Below the pieces are notes generated by a model, which saw only the letters and a list, made by a program, of their open reading frames with translations, was not told the origin of the DNA and made no database searches. From Gaiellaceae bacterium (GTDB taxonomy: Bacteria > Actinomycetota > Thermoleophilia > Gaiellales > Gaiellaceae): DNA of 64,000 nt. Of this stretch, positions 18,585 through 27,745 are shown piece after piece (position 1 is the first letter of the stretch; every line of letters starts with the position of its first letter). Position numbers and translations under genes: made by a program. The stretch covers positions 5,993 through 69,992 of the forward strand of contig DATHDS010000032.1 of NCBI GenBank assembly GCA_035318925.1, written 5' to 3'.

Positions 18585-19475
18585 TTAACTCTCGGAGCTC
18601 GGCTTCTTGTCACCGCCCGGCAGCGCGTCCCCGATCTTGCCGAGAGCGCTCGCGAACTCGCTCGGGATGATCCAGAGCTTGTTCGACTCGCCCTGGGCGA
18701 TCTGCGGGAGCATCTGGAGGTACTGGTAGGCGAGCAGCTTCGGGTCGGCGTCGCCCTCGTGGATCGCCTTGAAGACCGTGCCGATCGCCTGCGCCTGGCC
18801 CTCGGCGCCGAGAATCGTCGCTTGCCGCAGTCCCTCGGCCCTCAGGATTGCGCTCTGCTTTGAGCCCTCGGCCTCCAGGATCTGTGACTGCTTCACGCCC
18901 TCGGCGTTCAGGATCGCCGCGCGCTTGTCGCGCTCGGCGCGCATCTGCTTCTCCATCGACTCCTGGATCGAACCCGGCGGGTCGATCGCCTTCAGCTCGA
19001 CGCGGTTGACGCGGATGCCCCACTTGCCGGTCGCCTCGTCGAGCACGCCGCGCAGCTGCTGGTTGATCTGGTCGCGTGAGGTCAGCGTCGCCTCGAGGTC
19101 GAGCCCGCCGATCACGTTCCGGAGGGTCGTCACGGTTAGCTGCTCGATCCCCTGGATGAAGTTCGCGATCTCGTAGGTGGCCGCCTTCGGCTCGGTGACC
19201 TGGAAGTAGATGACCGTGTCGATGCTGACGACGACGTTGTCCTCGGTGATGACCGGCTGGGGTGCGAACGAGACGACCTGCTCGCGGAGGTCGACCATCT
19301 CCCTGACCCGGTCGACGAACGGGACGACGATCGCGAGGCCGGCGTTCAGGGTGCGCGAGTAGCGCCCGAACCGCTCGACGACTCCCGCGCGGGCCTGCGG
19401 CACGATCCGGATCGTCCGCGCGAGCACGACGAGCACGAAGAGTGCGATGACTAGGAGAACGATCAACTCGGCCAC
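18585..19475 (-). CDS. SPFH/band-7 (stomatin-like) membrane protein
   Basis: The GTG at 19475 follows TAGGAGGT. An N-terminal TM segment is followed by RIVPQARAGVVERFGRYSRTLNAGL and the band-7 core. The listed upstream extension to 19985 runs through nfeD in another frame. Confidence 0.9.
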   Translation of the reverse strand: MAELIVLLVIALFVLVVLARTIRIVPQARAGVVERFGRYSRTLNAGLAIVVPFVDRVREMVDLREQVVSFAPQPVITEDNVVVSIDTVIYFQVTEPKAATYEIANFIQGIEQLTVTTLRNVIGGLDLEATLTSRDQINQQLRGVLDEATGKWGIRVNRVELKAIDPPGSIQESMEKQMRAERDKRAAILNAEGVKQSQILEAEGSKQSAILRAEGLRQATILGAEGQAQAIGTVFKAIHEGDADPKLLAYQYLQMLPQIAQGESNKLWIIPSEFASALGKIGDALPGGDKKPSSES

Positions 19476-19483
19476 GTGACCTC

Positions 19484-19912
19484 CTACTGGTAGACGAGCG
19501 CGGTTGCGCCCTCGATCTTGACGACCTCGACCCGTGCCCCGGGCTCGAGGACCTGGTCCTCCATGAACGCCCGCGCCGACCACTCCTCGCCGCCGATGCG
19601 GACGCGGCCGCCGTTCACGTCCACCCGCTCGAGCACGAGCGCCTTCGACCCGACGAGAGCCGCCGTTCCCGTGCGCAGCAACGGCGGCACACGCAGATGG
19701 CTTCGGGCAAGCGGGCGCAGGACCGCAACGGATGCGACCGATGCGGCGACGAAGGCGAGCAGCTGAACGATTGCGCCGAGCCCGAGGAGGGCAAGAACGG
19801 CGGCCGTGATCGCAGCGACTGCGACCGGCCCGAGGAAGAACAGGCCGGGCGTGAAGATCTCTCCGACAGCCAATCCTGCGGCCACGATCGCCCAGATCAA
19901 CCAGGCGGGCAC
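19484..19912 (-). CDS. NfeD-family membrane protein
   Basis: Three N-terminal TM segments plus a C-terminal OB-like domain (GGRVRIGGEEWSARA..VKIEGATALV). It sits immediately upstream of the SPFH gene, the classic nfeD-SPFH pairing. Confidence 0.8.
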   Translation of the reverse strand: MPAWLIWAIVAAGLAVGEIFTPGLFFLGPVAVAAITAAVLALLGLGAIVQLLAFVAASVASVAVLRPLARSHLRVPPLLRTGTAALVGSKALVLERVDVNGGRVRIGGEEWSARAFMEDQVLEPGARVEVVKIEGATALVYQ

Positions 19913-19921
19913 GACAGGATC

Positions 19922-20341
19922 CTAAGCGTTGGTCGGCGGGGCGTCCGGATACCGGGTCAGGCCGTCGTCGGGGAGCACGTCCCACGGCGCGCGCGAGTCG
20001 ACGTACGAGTGGCGTATCGGCCTGACCTCAGGGTCGCCGTCGAGCGCGCCCAGCCGCACGGATATGTGCTCGCCCTCCGGCCACCAGTTGCCGAAGAGGC
20101 TCGAGCCGCACTCCGAGCAGAACGCCTTCACCCGGCCGCCGTCGGGGCGATAGACCTTGATCAGGTCCTCGCCTTCGAGCAGCCGGAACTGCTCTCTCGG
20201 TATGTGCCCGACCGTGAGGCCGAAGGCGCCCGAGTGCTTGCGGCAGCGCGAGCAGTGGCAGTGGATCGCGCGCGTGAACGGCAGCGTCACCTCGAAGCGG
20301 ACGCCTCCACAGAGGCAGCTGCCGCCGACAGTCTCGGCCAT
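19922..20341 (-). CDS. GFA/CENP-V family zinc protein
   Basis: The start is the internal ATG at 20341 (MAETVGGSCLCGGVRFEV). The CxC ... CHCSRC ... C pattern matches glutathione-dependent formaldehyde-activating enzyme-like proteins. Confidence 0.8.
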   Translation of the reverse strand: MAETVGGSCLCGGVRFEVTLPFTRAIHCHCSRCRKHSGAFGLTVGHIPREQFRLLEGEDLIKVYRPDGGRVKAFCSECGSSLFGNWWPEGEHISVRLGALDGDPEVRPIRHSYVDSRAPWDVLPDDGLTRYPDAPPTNA

Positions 20342-20368
20342 AGCTCCGAGTGTAAATAGGCTGCGAGG

Positions 20369-21280
20369 GTGCGGCGAGCGCTTACCGACCGGCCGGCACT
20401 CGGCGTGCTCGTCGGCGCCGTTGCGATCGCCTTCTCGGGGATCCTCTTCCGCAAGTCTCACGTCTCGCCCGCGACGGGCGCGTTCTACCGCTGTCTGTGG
20501 GCGCTGCCGCCGCTCTGGGTGCTTGCGCGGCAGGAAGATCGCAGGCGCGGCCTGCGGCCGAGCGCTCTGCGACGCGCTGCCTGGCTCGCCGGTGCGTTCT
20601 TCGCCGCAGACCTCGTCCTCTGGCACTACTCGATCGAGAAGGTCGGAGCGGGTCTCGCCACGGTCCTCGGGAACACCCAGGTCGTGCTGGTCGGCCTGCT
20701 CGCGTGGGCGTTCTTCCGCGAGCGGCTGTCGCGGAACGCCCTGCTCGCGATCCCGGTCGCGATGCTCGGAATCCTGCTCATATCGGGTGTCCTGGAGAAC
20801 GGCGCCTACGGGAGCGACCCCAAGCTGGGCGCGATCTACGGGGTGCTCACCGGGATCGCGTACTCGGGCTTCCTGCTCTCGCTGCGCCGGGGCTCGGGCG
20901 AGCGGGGCCGAGTGGCAGGGCCGCTCTACGACGCGACGCTGGCGAGCACAATTTGCGTCGTCCCGATCGGACTGGTCCTCGGCGACATCGACTTCACGCC
21001 GTCACTCGAGGCGACCGGGTGGCTCCTCCTGCTCGCGTTGAGCTCACAGGTAGTCGGCTGGCTCTTGATCACAGTCTCGCTCGGGCGGCTGCCGACTGCC
21101 CTGACCTCCGTGCTGCTCACGTTCCAGCCGCTGCTCGCCGTCCTCTTCGCCGCGCTGCTCGTGGACGAGCGGCCCTCGCCGCTGCAGCTCGTCGGCGCCG
21201 CGTTCATCCTCTCCGGGCTGCTCATCGCCTCGGTCGGGCGCCGACAGGCGGCACCACTCGAGACAGTGCCGGAGCACTAG
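20369..21280 (+). CDS. DMT superfamily (EamA-like) transporter
   Basis: About 10 hydrophobic segments in two EamA-like halves; 303 aa. Confidence 0.8.
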   Translation: MRRALTDRPALGVLVGAVAIAFSGILFRKSHVSPATGAFYRCLWALPPLWVLARQEDRRRGLRPSALRRAAWLAGAFFAADLVLWHYSIEKVGAGLATVLGNTQVVLVGLLAWAFFRERLSRNALLAIPVAMLGILLISGVLENGAYGSDPKLGAIYGVLTGIAYSGFLLSLRRGSGERGRVAGPLYDATLASTICVVPIGLVLGDIDFTPSLEATGWLLLLALSSQVVGWLLITVSLGRLPTALTSVLLTFQPLLAVLFAALLVDERPSPLQLVGAAFILSGLLIASVGRRQAAPLETVPEH

Positions 21281-21330
21281 GCGCACTTTCGGCACAGTCG
21301 GCGTCAGACCCCGCGCCTAGACTCGGTGGC

Positions 21331-22677
21331 ATGGCAAAAACTGCCTCCGTCCACTTCTCCTGCTCGGAATGCGGGTACTCGACCGGCCGCTGGCTGGGGC
21401 GCTGCCCGAGCTGCGCGAGCTTCGGGACGCTGACGGAGGAAGCGCCGCCTGCTGCGACCAGGCTCGCCGAGGCCAAGCCGCTGCTTCGCCTCGCGGACGT
21501 GGAGGTCGAGGATGCCGAGCGGATTCCGACGGGAGTGCCCGAGCTCGACCGCGTGCTCGGCGGCGGGCTCGTCCCGGCCTCCCTCGTGCTCGTCGGCGGT
21601 GAGCCGGGGGTGGGCAAGTCGACGCTGCTCTTGATGGCGCTGGCCGCGATCTCGCGCGACCGGCGGGCCCTGCTCGTCACGGGCGAGGAGTCGACGGCGC
21701 AGGTGAAGCTCCGCGCCGCTCGGCTCGGCGGCGCCGAACAGGTCGAGATCCTCGCCGAGACGAACCTCGAAACGGTCTGCGCCACGCTCGAGCGCGAGCG
21801 GCCGGACGTCTGCGTGATCGACTCGATCCAGACGCTCTACTCCGCAGAGATCGGCTCCGCGCCGGGCTCGGTCACCCAGGTGCGCGAGGCCGCCGCGAAG
21901 CTCCTGCGCGTGGGCAAGGAGTCGGGCGTCGCGCTCTTCCTCGTCGGGCACGTGACGAAGGACGGCTCGGTGGCGGGCCCGCGGGTGCTCGAGCATCTCG
22001 TCGACTGCGTGCTCCAGTTCGAGGGCGATCGCTACCACGCGCACCGCGTGCTCCGGGCTGCGAAGAACCGCTTCGGCTCGACGAACGAGCTCGGCGTCTT
22101 CGAGATGACCGGCGCGGGGCTACAGGGCGTCCCCGACCCGTCCGCGGTCTTCGGCCAGAGCGACGGCGAAGTGGGCGCGGCGGTCGCCTGCGCGCTCGAG
22201 GGGACGAGGCCGCTGCTGCTCGAGATCCAGTCGCTCGTGTCCCCGACCGACCTCGCGATGCCCCGCCGGGTCGCCACCGGGGTCGATCCGAAGCGCCTCT
22301 CGATGATCGTCGCCGTCCTCTCGCGTCACGCTGGTTTTTCGCTCGGAGCGGCCGATGTCTTTGTGAACGTTGCCGGTGGTGTGCGGATCGACGAACCGGG
22401 CGCAGACCTCGCGATTGCGCTCGCTATCGGCTCCGCGGCCCGCGGCGCGCCGTTGCGGCCCGGTATGGCTTCGTTCGGCGAGATCGGGCTCACAGGCCGG
22501 TTGCGGCCCGCGGCCCAGGCCGAGCGCCGGGCTCAGGAATGCGCCAAGCTCGGCCTGAACGCCGTGCTCGTGCCCGTCGGCACCGAAGCGCAGGCGAAGA
22601 TCGAGCTCGTGCAGGCGGACACCCTCCTCCACGCGGTGTCCGCAGCCCTCGTAAAGGCCAAGATGCAAGCTGCGTAG
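21331..22677 (+). CDS. radA: DNA repair protein RadA/Sms
   Basis: MAKTASVHFSCSECGYSTGRWLGRCPSCASF zinc finger, GGEPGVGKST P-loop, KNRFG motif and a Lon-like C-terminal domain. The listed extension to 20497 overlaps the transporter gene. Confidence 0.95.
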   Translation: MAKTASVHFSCSECGYSTGRWLGRCPSCASFGTLTEEAPPAATRLAEAKPLLRLADVEVEDAERIPTGVPELDRVLGGGLVPASLVLVGGEPGVGKSTLLLMALAAISRDRRALLVTGEESTAQVKLRAARLGGAEQVEILAETNLETVCATLERERPDVCVIDSIQTLYSAEIGSAPGSVTQVREAAAKLLRVGKESGVALFLVGHVTKDGSVAGPRVLEHLVDCVLQFEGDRYHAHRVLRAAKNRFGSTNELGVFEMTGAGLQGVPDPSAVFGQSDGEVGAAVACALEGTRPLLLEIQSLVSPTDLAMPRRVATGVDPKRLSMIVAVLSRHAGFSLGAADVFVNVAGGVRIDEPGADLAIALAIGSAARGAPLRPGMASFGEIGLTGRLRPAAQAERRAQECAKLGLNAVLVPVGTEAQAKIELVQADTLLHAVSAALVKAKMQAA

Positions 22678-22818
22678 TTCCCTCTGAGCAGGGCTTTTTG
22701 CGAAAGAGGGGCAAAAAAGTGGCTTTTTCCAGCAACTTTTGATATCCTGATCGAGTTCGCCGGCAGTCGTCCAGCTGCCGGCGACTTGGCGAAACCAGAC
22801 GGAATGGGGAGGTCGGGC

Positions 22819-23352
22819 TTGTACAAGGTCGGCGACAAAGTCGTGTATCCGCATCACGGAGCGGGCACCGTGGTCAAGAAGGACAAGCGGAAAGTGCTCG
22901 GGGAGGAACGTGAGTACCTCACGATCCAGATCCTCCACAACGACATGACGGTCAACGTGCCGACCGAGAACGCCGACCGGGTCGGTCTTCGCAAGGTCAT
23001 CGACGAGACGACCGTCGAGCAGGTGCTGAAGGCGCTGCGGGGCAGCGGTACGACGATGCCGAAGAACTGGAACCGCCGCTTCAAGCACAACCGCGACAAG
23101 ATGAAGACCGGCGACATCTTCGAGCTCGCCGAGGTCGTCCGAAACCTGTCGCTGCGCGATCACGAGAAGGGCCTCTCCACCGGCGAGAAGCAGATGTTCG
23201 TCAAGGCCAAGAAGATCCTCGTCTCGGAGCTCATGTACGCAAAGGGCATGGACGAGGAAGAGGCCGCGGAGTGGCTCGACGACATCCTCGCGGGTGTCGG
23301 CGCGCCGAAGCGCAAGGCAGCGGCGAAAGAGAAGGTCGCGGCCAAGGCGTAG
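22819..23352 (+). CDS. carD: CarD-family RNA polymerase-binding transcription factor
   Basis: The TTG at 22819 is 6 nt after GGGAGG and gives MYKVGDKVVYPHHGAGTVV, the typical CarD N-terminus. There is a Lys/Ala-rich C-terminal tail. Confidence 0.9.
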   Translation: MYKVGDKVVYPHHGAGTVVKKDKRKVLGEEREYLTIQILHNDMTVNVPTENADRVGLRKVIDETTVEQVLKALRGSGTTMPKNWNRRFKHNRDKMKTGDIFELAEVVRNLSLRDHEKGLSTGEKQMFVKAKKILVSELMYAKGMDEEEAAEWLDDILAGVGAPKRKAAAKEKVAAKA

Positions 23353-23367
23353 TAGCGTTGCTCGCCC

Positions 23368-24048
23368 GTGAGCGTCTGGGCGATTCTGGCTGCAGCAGGG
23401 AAAGGTGACCGTCTCGGGCTGGACCGGCCCAAGGCGTTTGCGCCGCTCAACGACCGGCCGCTCGTCGCCGAGGCTCTCGAGCGCCTCGAAGCCTCTGACT
23501 GGATTGAGGGGATCGTCGTCGCCGCTCCGCCCGAGTGGGAGGAGCCGTGCATCCTCGTCGCGGAGGAAGTGGCCGCGGGCAAGGTTGCCGCGACCGTGAC
23601 CGGTGGCGAGAGTCGCAGCGAGTCCGTCCGGGCAGCCCTGGCCGAGGTGCCTGAGGAGGCGACGGTCGTGCTCGTCCACGACGCCGCGCGCCCGTTAGTG
23701 ACCGACGAAGTGATCGAGCGCGTGGTCACGGGCCTCGCCGACGGGTGGGACGGAGCGGTTCCCGCCCTACCGATCGCGGATGCCGTCAAGCGAGTCGAGG
23801 GGGATGCCGTCGTCGAGACGCTCGACCGTGAGGGCCTCGTCACCGTGCAGACCCCGCAGGCCTTCCTCGCGTCAGCCCTCCGGGCCGCCCTCTCCGACCC
23901 GACTTTGCAACAGACTGTTGCAAAGTCTTTGGATTGCGCGAGCCTTGTCGAGGCCCGGGGTGGCCGAGTCCGGGTCGTGGAAGGCGATCCGCACCTGCTC
24001 AAGGTGACCGAGCCCGCCGATCTCGAGCTCGTTGCCTCATGGCTGTGA
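23368..24048 (+). CDS. ispD: 2-C-methyl-D-erythritol 4-phosphate cytidylyltransferase
   Basis: AILAAAGKGDRLG, VLVHDAARP, VQTPQAF and ASLVE..G..V..VEGD motifs. Confidence 0.9.
   Translation: MSVWAILAAAGKGDRLGLDRPKAFAPLNDRPLVAEALERLEASDWIEGIVVAAPPEWEEPCILVAEEVAAGKVAATVTGGESRSESVRAALAEVPEEATVVLVHDAARPLVTDEVIERVVTGLADGWDGAVPALPIADAVKRVEGDAVVETLDREGLVTVQTPQAFLASALRAALSDPTLQQTVAKSLDCASLVEARGGRVRVVEGDPHLLKVTEPADLELVASWL
23901..23927. repeat. perfect 27-nt palindrome (13-1-13) inside ispD, copy 1
   Basis: GACTTTGCAACAG A CTGTTGCAAAGTC, 44% GC in GC-rich coding sequence. It translates in frame to TLQQTVAKS. Confidence 0.95.
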
Positions 24049-24629
24049 GAGCTGTGGTCTTCGATTTCGGCTACACCCTCGTCAACGAGGATCGAGTCTG
24101 GAGCGAGATTGCCGGGCAGTACGGCTGGCCCGAGTCGGTGTTCTTCGCGACCCTCGGCGCCGTGATCGAACGTCGCGGGCACCACGGCCAGGTGCTCGAC
24201 ATTCTCGGCGCGCCCCATCCGCCGGAATCGGTGCCGTTCGAACAACGCGACTTCTACGACGACGCGCTTCCGTCGGTGCAATCGATCAAAGCCGCGGGTC
24301 ACCTCGTCGGCATCGCCGGCAACTTCAGCGCCGAGATCGAGAGCTTCCTACAGCAGCAAGCGGACGTCGACTTCATCGCCTCGTCCGAGCGCTGGGGAGT
24401 CGAGAAGCCCGACCCCAGGTTCTTCGCGAGGATCGCAGACGAGTCGGGATGCTGCGCCGACGAGATCACGTACGTGGGCGACCGCATCGACAATGACGTG
24501 CTGCCGGCGGCCGCGGTCGGCATGGCCGCAGTTTTTCTCCAGCGTGGGCCCTGGGCCGCCGTGCAGAAGAGCTGGCCAGAAGCCGCGGGTGCGACCACGA
24601 TCTCCGATCTGGGCTCGATTCCCGTATGA
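24039..24629 (+). CDS. HAD-superfamily hydrolase
   Basis: VVFDFGYTLV (DxD-type motif I variant) and the YVGDRIDNDV motif IV. The start overlaps the ispD stop, and the stop overlaps the ispF start (ATGA). Confidence 0.75.
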   Translation: MAVRAVVFDFGYTLVNEDRVWSEIAGQYGWPESVFFATLGAVIERRGHHGQVLDILGAPHPPESVPFEQRDFYDDALPSVQSIKAAGHLVGIAGNFSAEIESFLQQQADVDFIASSERWGVEKPDPRFFARIADESGCCADEITYVGDRIDNDVLPAAAVGMAAVFLQRGPWAAVQKSWPEAAGATTISDLGSIPV

Positions 24630-25123
24630 GCGAGCTCCGCATCGGCCTCGGGGTGGATGCGCATCGCTTTGCCGACGGGATCCCACTCGTCCTTGCCGGC
24701 GTCGACTTCCCCGGCGAGCCCGGTCTGGCCGGCCACTCCGACGGTGACGTCATCGCCCACGCGCTGATCGACGCGATCCTCGGCGCCGCCGGCATGGGCG
24801 ATATCGGCGAGCTCTTCCCCTCCGCGGATCCCCAGTGGCTCGACGCATCGTCGATCCGCCTGCTCCAGCGAAGCTACGAAGTCGTCCGCATGGCTGGCTT
24901 CGAGCTCGTGAACGCTGACTGCGTTCTGATCGGAGAGCAGCCGAAGATCGCGGCCTTGCGGGTCGCGATGGGCGCGCGGCTCGCGGGCGCGATGGGCGTG
25001 GACATCCACCGCGTCACGGTGCGGGCGACGACGACCGACGGGCTCGGCTTCACCGGCCGCGGCGAAGGGTTGGCGGCGCAGGCGGTCGCGCTACTCCGGA
25101 AGGGCGACGACTCGTCCTCGTAG
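24626..25123 (+). CDS. ispF: 2-C-methyl-D-erythritol 2,4-cyclodiphosphate synthase
   Basis: IGLGVDAHRF, GHSDGDV..HAL.DA.LGA and TTTDGLGFTGRGEG motifs. Confidence 0.95.
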   Translation: MSELRIGLGVDAHRFADGIPLVLAGVDFPGEPGLAGHSDGDVIAHALIDAILGAAGMGDIGELFPSADPQWLDASSIRLLQRSYEVVRMAGFELVNADCVLIGEQPKIAALRVAMGARLAGAMGVDIHRVTVRATTTDGLGFTGRGEGLAAQAVALLRKGDDSSS

Positions 25124-25825
25124 CTCGACCAGGCCGTCCCGTCGCAACGACTCGACGGCTTCTTCGTCGAGCTCCGCGACCTGCCGCGGCAGCGCGGAGA
25201 CGAGCGTCAGCGTCTGCGCACGACGCTCCCTGAAAGACCCTTCGAAGCGGCCCTGCTTCCGGATCGGGGGATACCGGCGGCCTCGCGAAGGACAGCGCCG
25301 CGCGAGCGGGCAGAGCTCGCACCGGGGGATCCGTGCGAGACAGATGGTGGCGCCGAGATCCATCATGGCGTGCGCGCTCGCGGGGCTGAACGCGCCGCCT
25401 GTCCGCTCGAGTACGCGCCGAACGTTGGTGTCCAGGGGCAGGACGTCGCGCTCGTGTGCAAACCGGGCGACGGCGTCCGCGGTGTAGCGGCCGACCCCGG
25501 GCAGCTCGGTCAGATCCTCGGGCCAGCCGTCCCCGGCGATTTGCTGTGCAGCGCGGTGCAGGTTCAGCGCGCGCCGGTTGTAGCCGAGCCCCTGCCACTC
25601 GCGGATGACCTCGGCCGGGCTCGCCGCGGCGAGCGCCTCGACCGTCGGCCAACGCTCCAGAAAGGCGAGATAGCGCGGAACGACGCGCGCCACCTGCGTC
25701 TGCTGGAGCATGACCTCCGAGACGAGGATCGCGTACGGGTCGCGCGTTCGCCGCCAGGGCAGGTCGCGGCCGTGCCGCCGAAACCACGCGAGCAGCGCCT
25801 TCTCCATCCCGGCCGACGCTACCAT
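25091..25825 (-). CDS. HhH-GPD base-excision glycosylase (short MutY/Nth-like, Fe-S cluster loop)
   Basis: DLPWRRTRDPYAILVSEVMLQQTQV, LPGVGRYTA (HhH) and the C..C..C..C cluster (CLARIPRCELCPLARRC). There is no NUDIX-like C-terminal domain. Confidence 0.8.
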   Translation of the reverse strand: MVASAGMEKALLAWFRRHGRDLPWRRTRDPYAILVSEVMLQQTQVARVVPRYLAFLERWPTVEALAAASPAEVIREWQGLGYNRRALNLHRAAQQIAGDGWPEDLTELPGVGRYTADAVARFAHERDVLPLDTNVRRVLERTGGAFSPASAHAMMDLGATICLARIPRCELCPLARRCPSRGRRYPPIRKQGRFEGSFRERRAQTLTLVSALPRQVAELDEEAVESLRRDGLVELRGRVVALPE

Positions 25826-25833
25826 CGGTTTCC

Positions 25834-26058
25834 GTGGGCAAGGCCGCCGCCCTTCTCGGTGCGCTCGTGCTGGCGCTCGCCGGATGCGCCTCTCATCAGA
25901 AGCGATCCGCTGCGACCAAACGCTCGAAGCCGGCGCTTCTCACGCAGGAGTGGGATCCGCTCGAGCCGGGTGTGATCGACCACAAGCTCTACGTCCGCGG
26001 GGTCGGCACGGTCAAGGAGGAGACGGTCAAGGAGGACGCGAGCGGGCCGTCCTCGTGA
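25834..26058 (+). CDS. small lipoprotein
   Basis: Lipobox LALAGC after a hydrophobic N-terminus; 74 aa. Confidence 0.5.
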   Translation: MGKAAALLGALVLALAGCASHQKRSAATKRSKPALLTQEWDPLEPGVIDHKLYVRGVGTVKEETVKEDASGPSS

Positions 26059-26068
26059 GCGTCAGCCG

Positions 26069-26716
26069 CTAGCTGACGACGCGGATGTTGAACTGAGGGC
26101 CGACCGCGCCCATCAGGCGTAGCCAGAGCGGGAGGTACATCTCCGTGCCCCGGGCGGCGGTGATGTCGCCGAGGTCGACGATCCTCTCTGCGGGCCAGCC
26201 GAAGCTCTCCAGGAGCTGCGAAACCTGGGCTTTCGCGCCGTCGTCATTCCCGCACACGAAGACGTCGTGCTCGCCCGGAATGCTCGCCGGGGCGACCATG
26301 ACGCCCGCGTTCACCGTGTTCAGCGCCTTCACGACCTTGGTTTCCGGGAACGCCCGCTGGATCTGCTCGCCGACGCTGTCGTCGTTGCAGACCGAGAGCG
26401 TCGGCGGCCGGCCCCTCGAGAAGTCGAGCGCGTTGGAGACGTCGACGAGGACCTTGCCGGAGAGGGTCTCCTCGCCCGCGGCGCCGAGCGCTTCGAGGGA
26501 GACCATGCCTGCGGTGCAGTTGAAGACGAGCTCCCCGGCGGCAGCGGCGTCCGCAAACGTGCCGTGGCTCGCCCCGGCGCCGGCCGAGGCCGCCCATTCG
26601 GCCGCCTGCTCGTTGGTCGCGCTGCGCGAGCCCATCGTCACCTCGTGCCCGAGCTCGACGAGCTTCGTCCCGATCGTCTTGCCGACAGTACCGGTGCCGA
26701 TGACGCTGATCCTCAC
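26069..26716 (-). CDS. NADP oxidoreductase, coenzyme F420-dependent family (NPD-like)
   Basis: The GTG at 26716 gives VRISVIGTGTVGKTIG, a Rossmann start. The overall pattern matches NADPH-dependent F420 reductase-like proteins. Confidence 0.7.
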   Translation of the reverse strand: MRISVIGTGTVGKTIGTKLVELGHEVTMGSRSATNEQAAEWAASAGAGASHGTFADAAAAGELVFNCTAGMVSLEALGAAGEETLSGKVLVDVSNALDFSRGRPPTLSVCNDDSVGEQIQRAFPETKVVKALNTVNAGVMVAPASIPGEHDVFVCGNDDGAKAQVSQLLESFGWPAERIVDLGDITAARGTEMYLPLWLRLMGAVGPQFNIRVVS

Positions 26717-26742
26717 GAACGCGAGTGTAGATTCAGACCACA

Positions 26743-27745
26743 ATGACGCGCGTACGCTTCGCACCCAGCCCGACGGGGTCAATCCACGTCGGGAACGCCT
26801 TGAGCGCCGTCGCCAACCGCGGTTTCGGCGACTGGATGCTGCTGCGCATCGACGACACCGATCCCGCCCGCAACGTCCCCGGCGGTGAGGAGGAGATCCT
26901 CCGCGACCTCGAGTGGCTCGGTGTCGCCTGGGACGAGGGCCCGGTCCGCCAGAGCGAACGCCAGGACCTCTATCGAGCCGCCGTCCAGACTTTGCAACAG
27001 ACTGTTGCTAAGTCGGATGAGGGCGGCGCAGCTCTGTACCGAGGGGTCACCCTGCTGCGGCCCGACGGCACGGCGACCTACCAGCTCGCGACCGTCGTCG
27101 ACGACGTCGAATTCGGGATCACGCACGTCATCCGCGGCAGCGACCACCGGCCGAACGAGCACCTGCACCGCGAGCTGACCGAGGCGCTGGGCGCGACGCC
27201 GCCGGAGTACATCCACCACGGTCTGATCCTCGGCGAGGACGGGCGCAAGCTCTCGAAGCGCGAGTTCGGCGCGACCGTCGCGTCTCTCCGCGAGGCGGGG
27301 ATCCCGGCCGGTGCCGTCCGCGGCTACCTGGACGAGCTGGGGCTCCCGAAGCACGACGTGCACTACGACCTGGCACGCATCCGCCGTCTCGCGATCGAGG
27401 CCATCGCCGGGATGTCCGACGAGGAGCTGGCGGCCGCCGCCGAGGCTCCCGTCGAGCTCGTCCCCGCGCTCCGGGGCGCGCGTGACCTCGTCGAAGCGCG
27501 CGAGTACGCCCGGCAGGTGCTCGAGCCCGAGCCCGTCTCGCTCGGCGAGGAGGCCAGGCCCACGCTCGAGCGCTTCAAGGAGCTGCGGTCGAACGGCTCC
27601 GGCGCGAAGGAGATCGTCCGGGAGCTGAAGGCCGTCGGCGGGAATCTGAAGGCGCTCCGGCTCGCCCTCACCGGCCGGGAGCGCGGCCCCGAGCTGTGGG
27701 CGATCGTCGCCGCTCTGCCGCCGGAGGAGGCTCTGCGGAGGATCG

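Noticed and set aside
20497-21330. N-terminal extensions of tracked ORFs (radA from 20497, Suc_Fer-like from 41274, rlmB from 28729, sucD from 45967, HAD from 23934, SPFH up to 19985, mdh up to 53009)
   Set aside because: The extensions overlap upstream genes and translate to Arg/Pro-rich junk. Internal starts give canonical N-termini, often with an SD or with stop/start overlap.
22684-22785. A/T-run region between radA and carD (GGGCTTTTTGCGAAAGAGGGGCAAAAAAGTGGCTTTTTCC, and the hairpin GCCGGCAG-N8-CTGCCGGC at 22759-22782) as a possible riboswitch or sRNA
   Set aside because: It is most simply the radA terminator plus the carD promoter and leader. I recognise no known riboswitch consensus, and there is too little evidence to call a feature.
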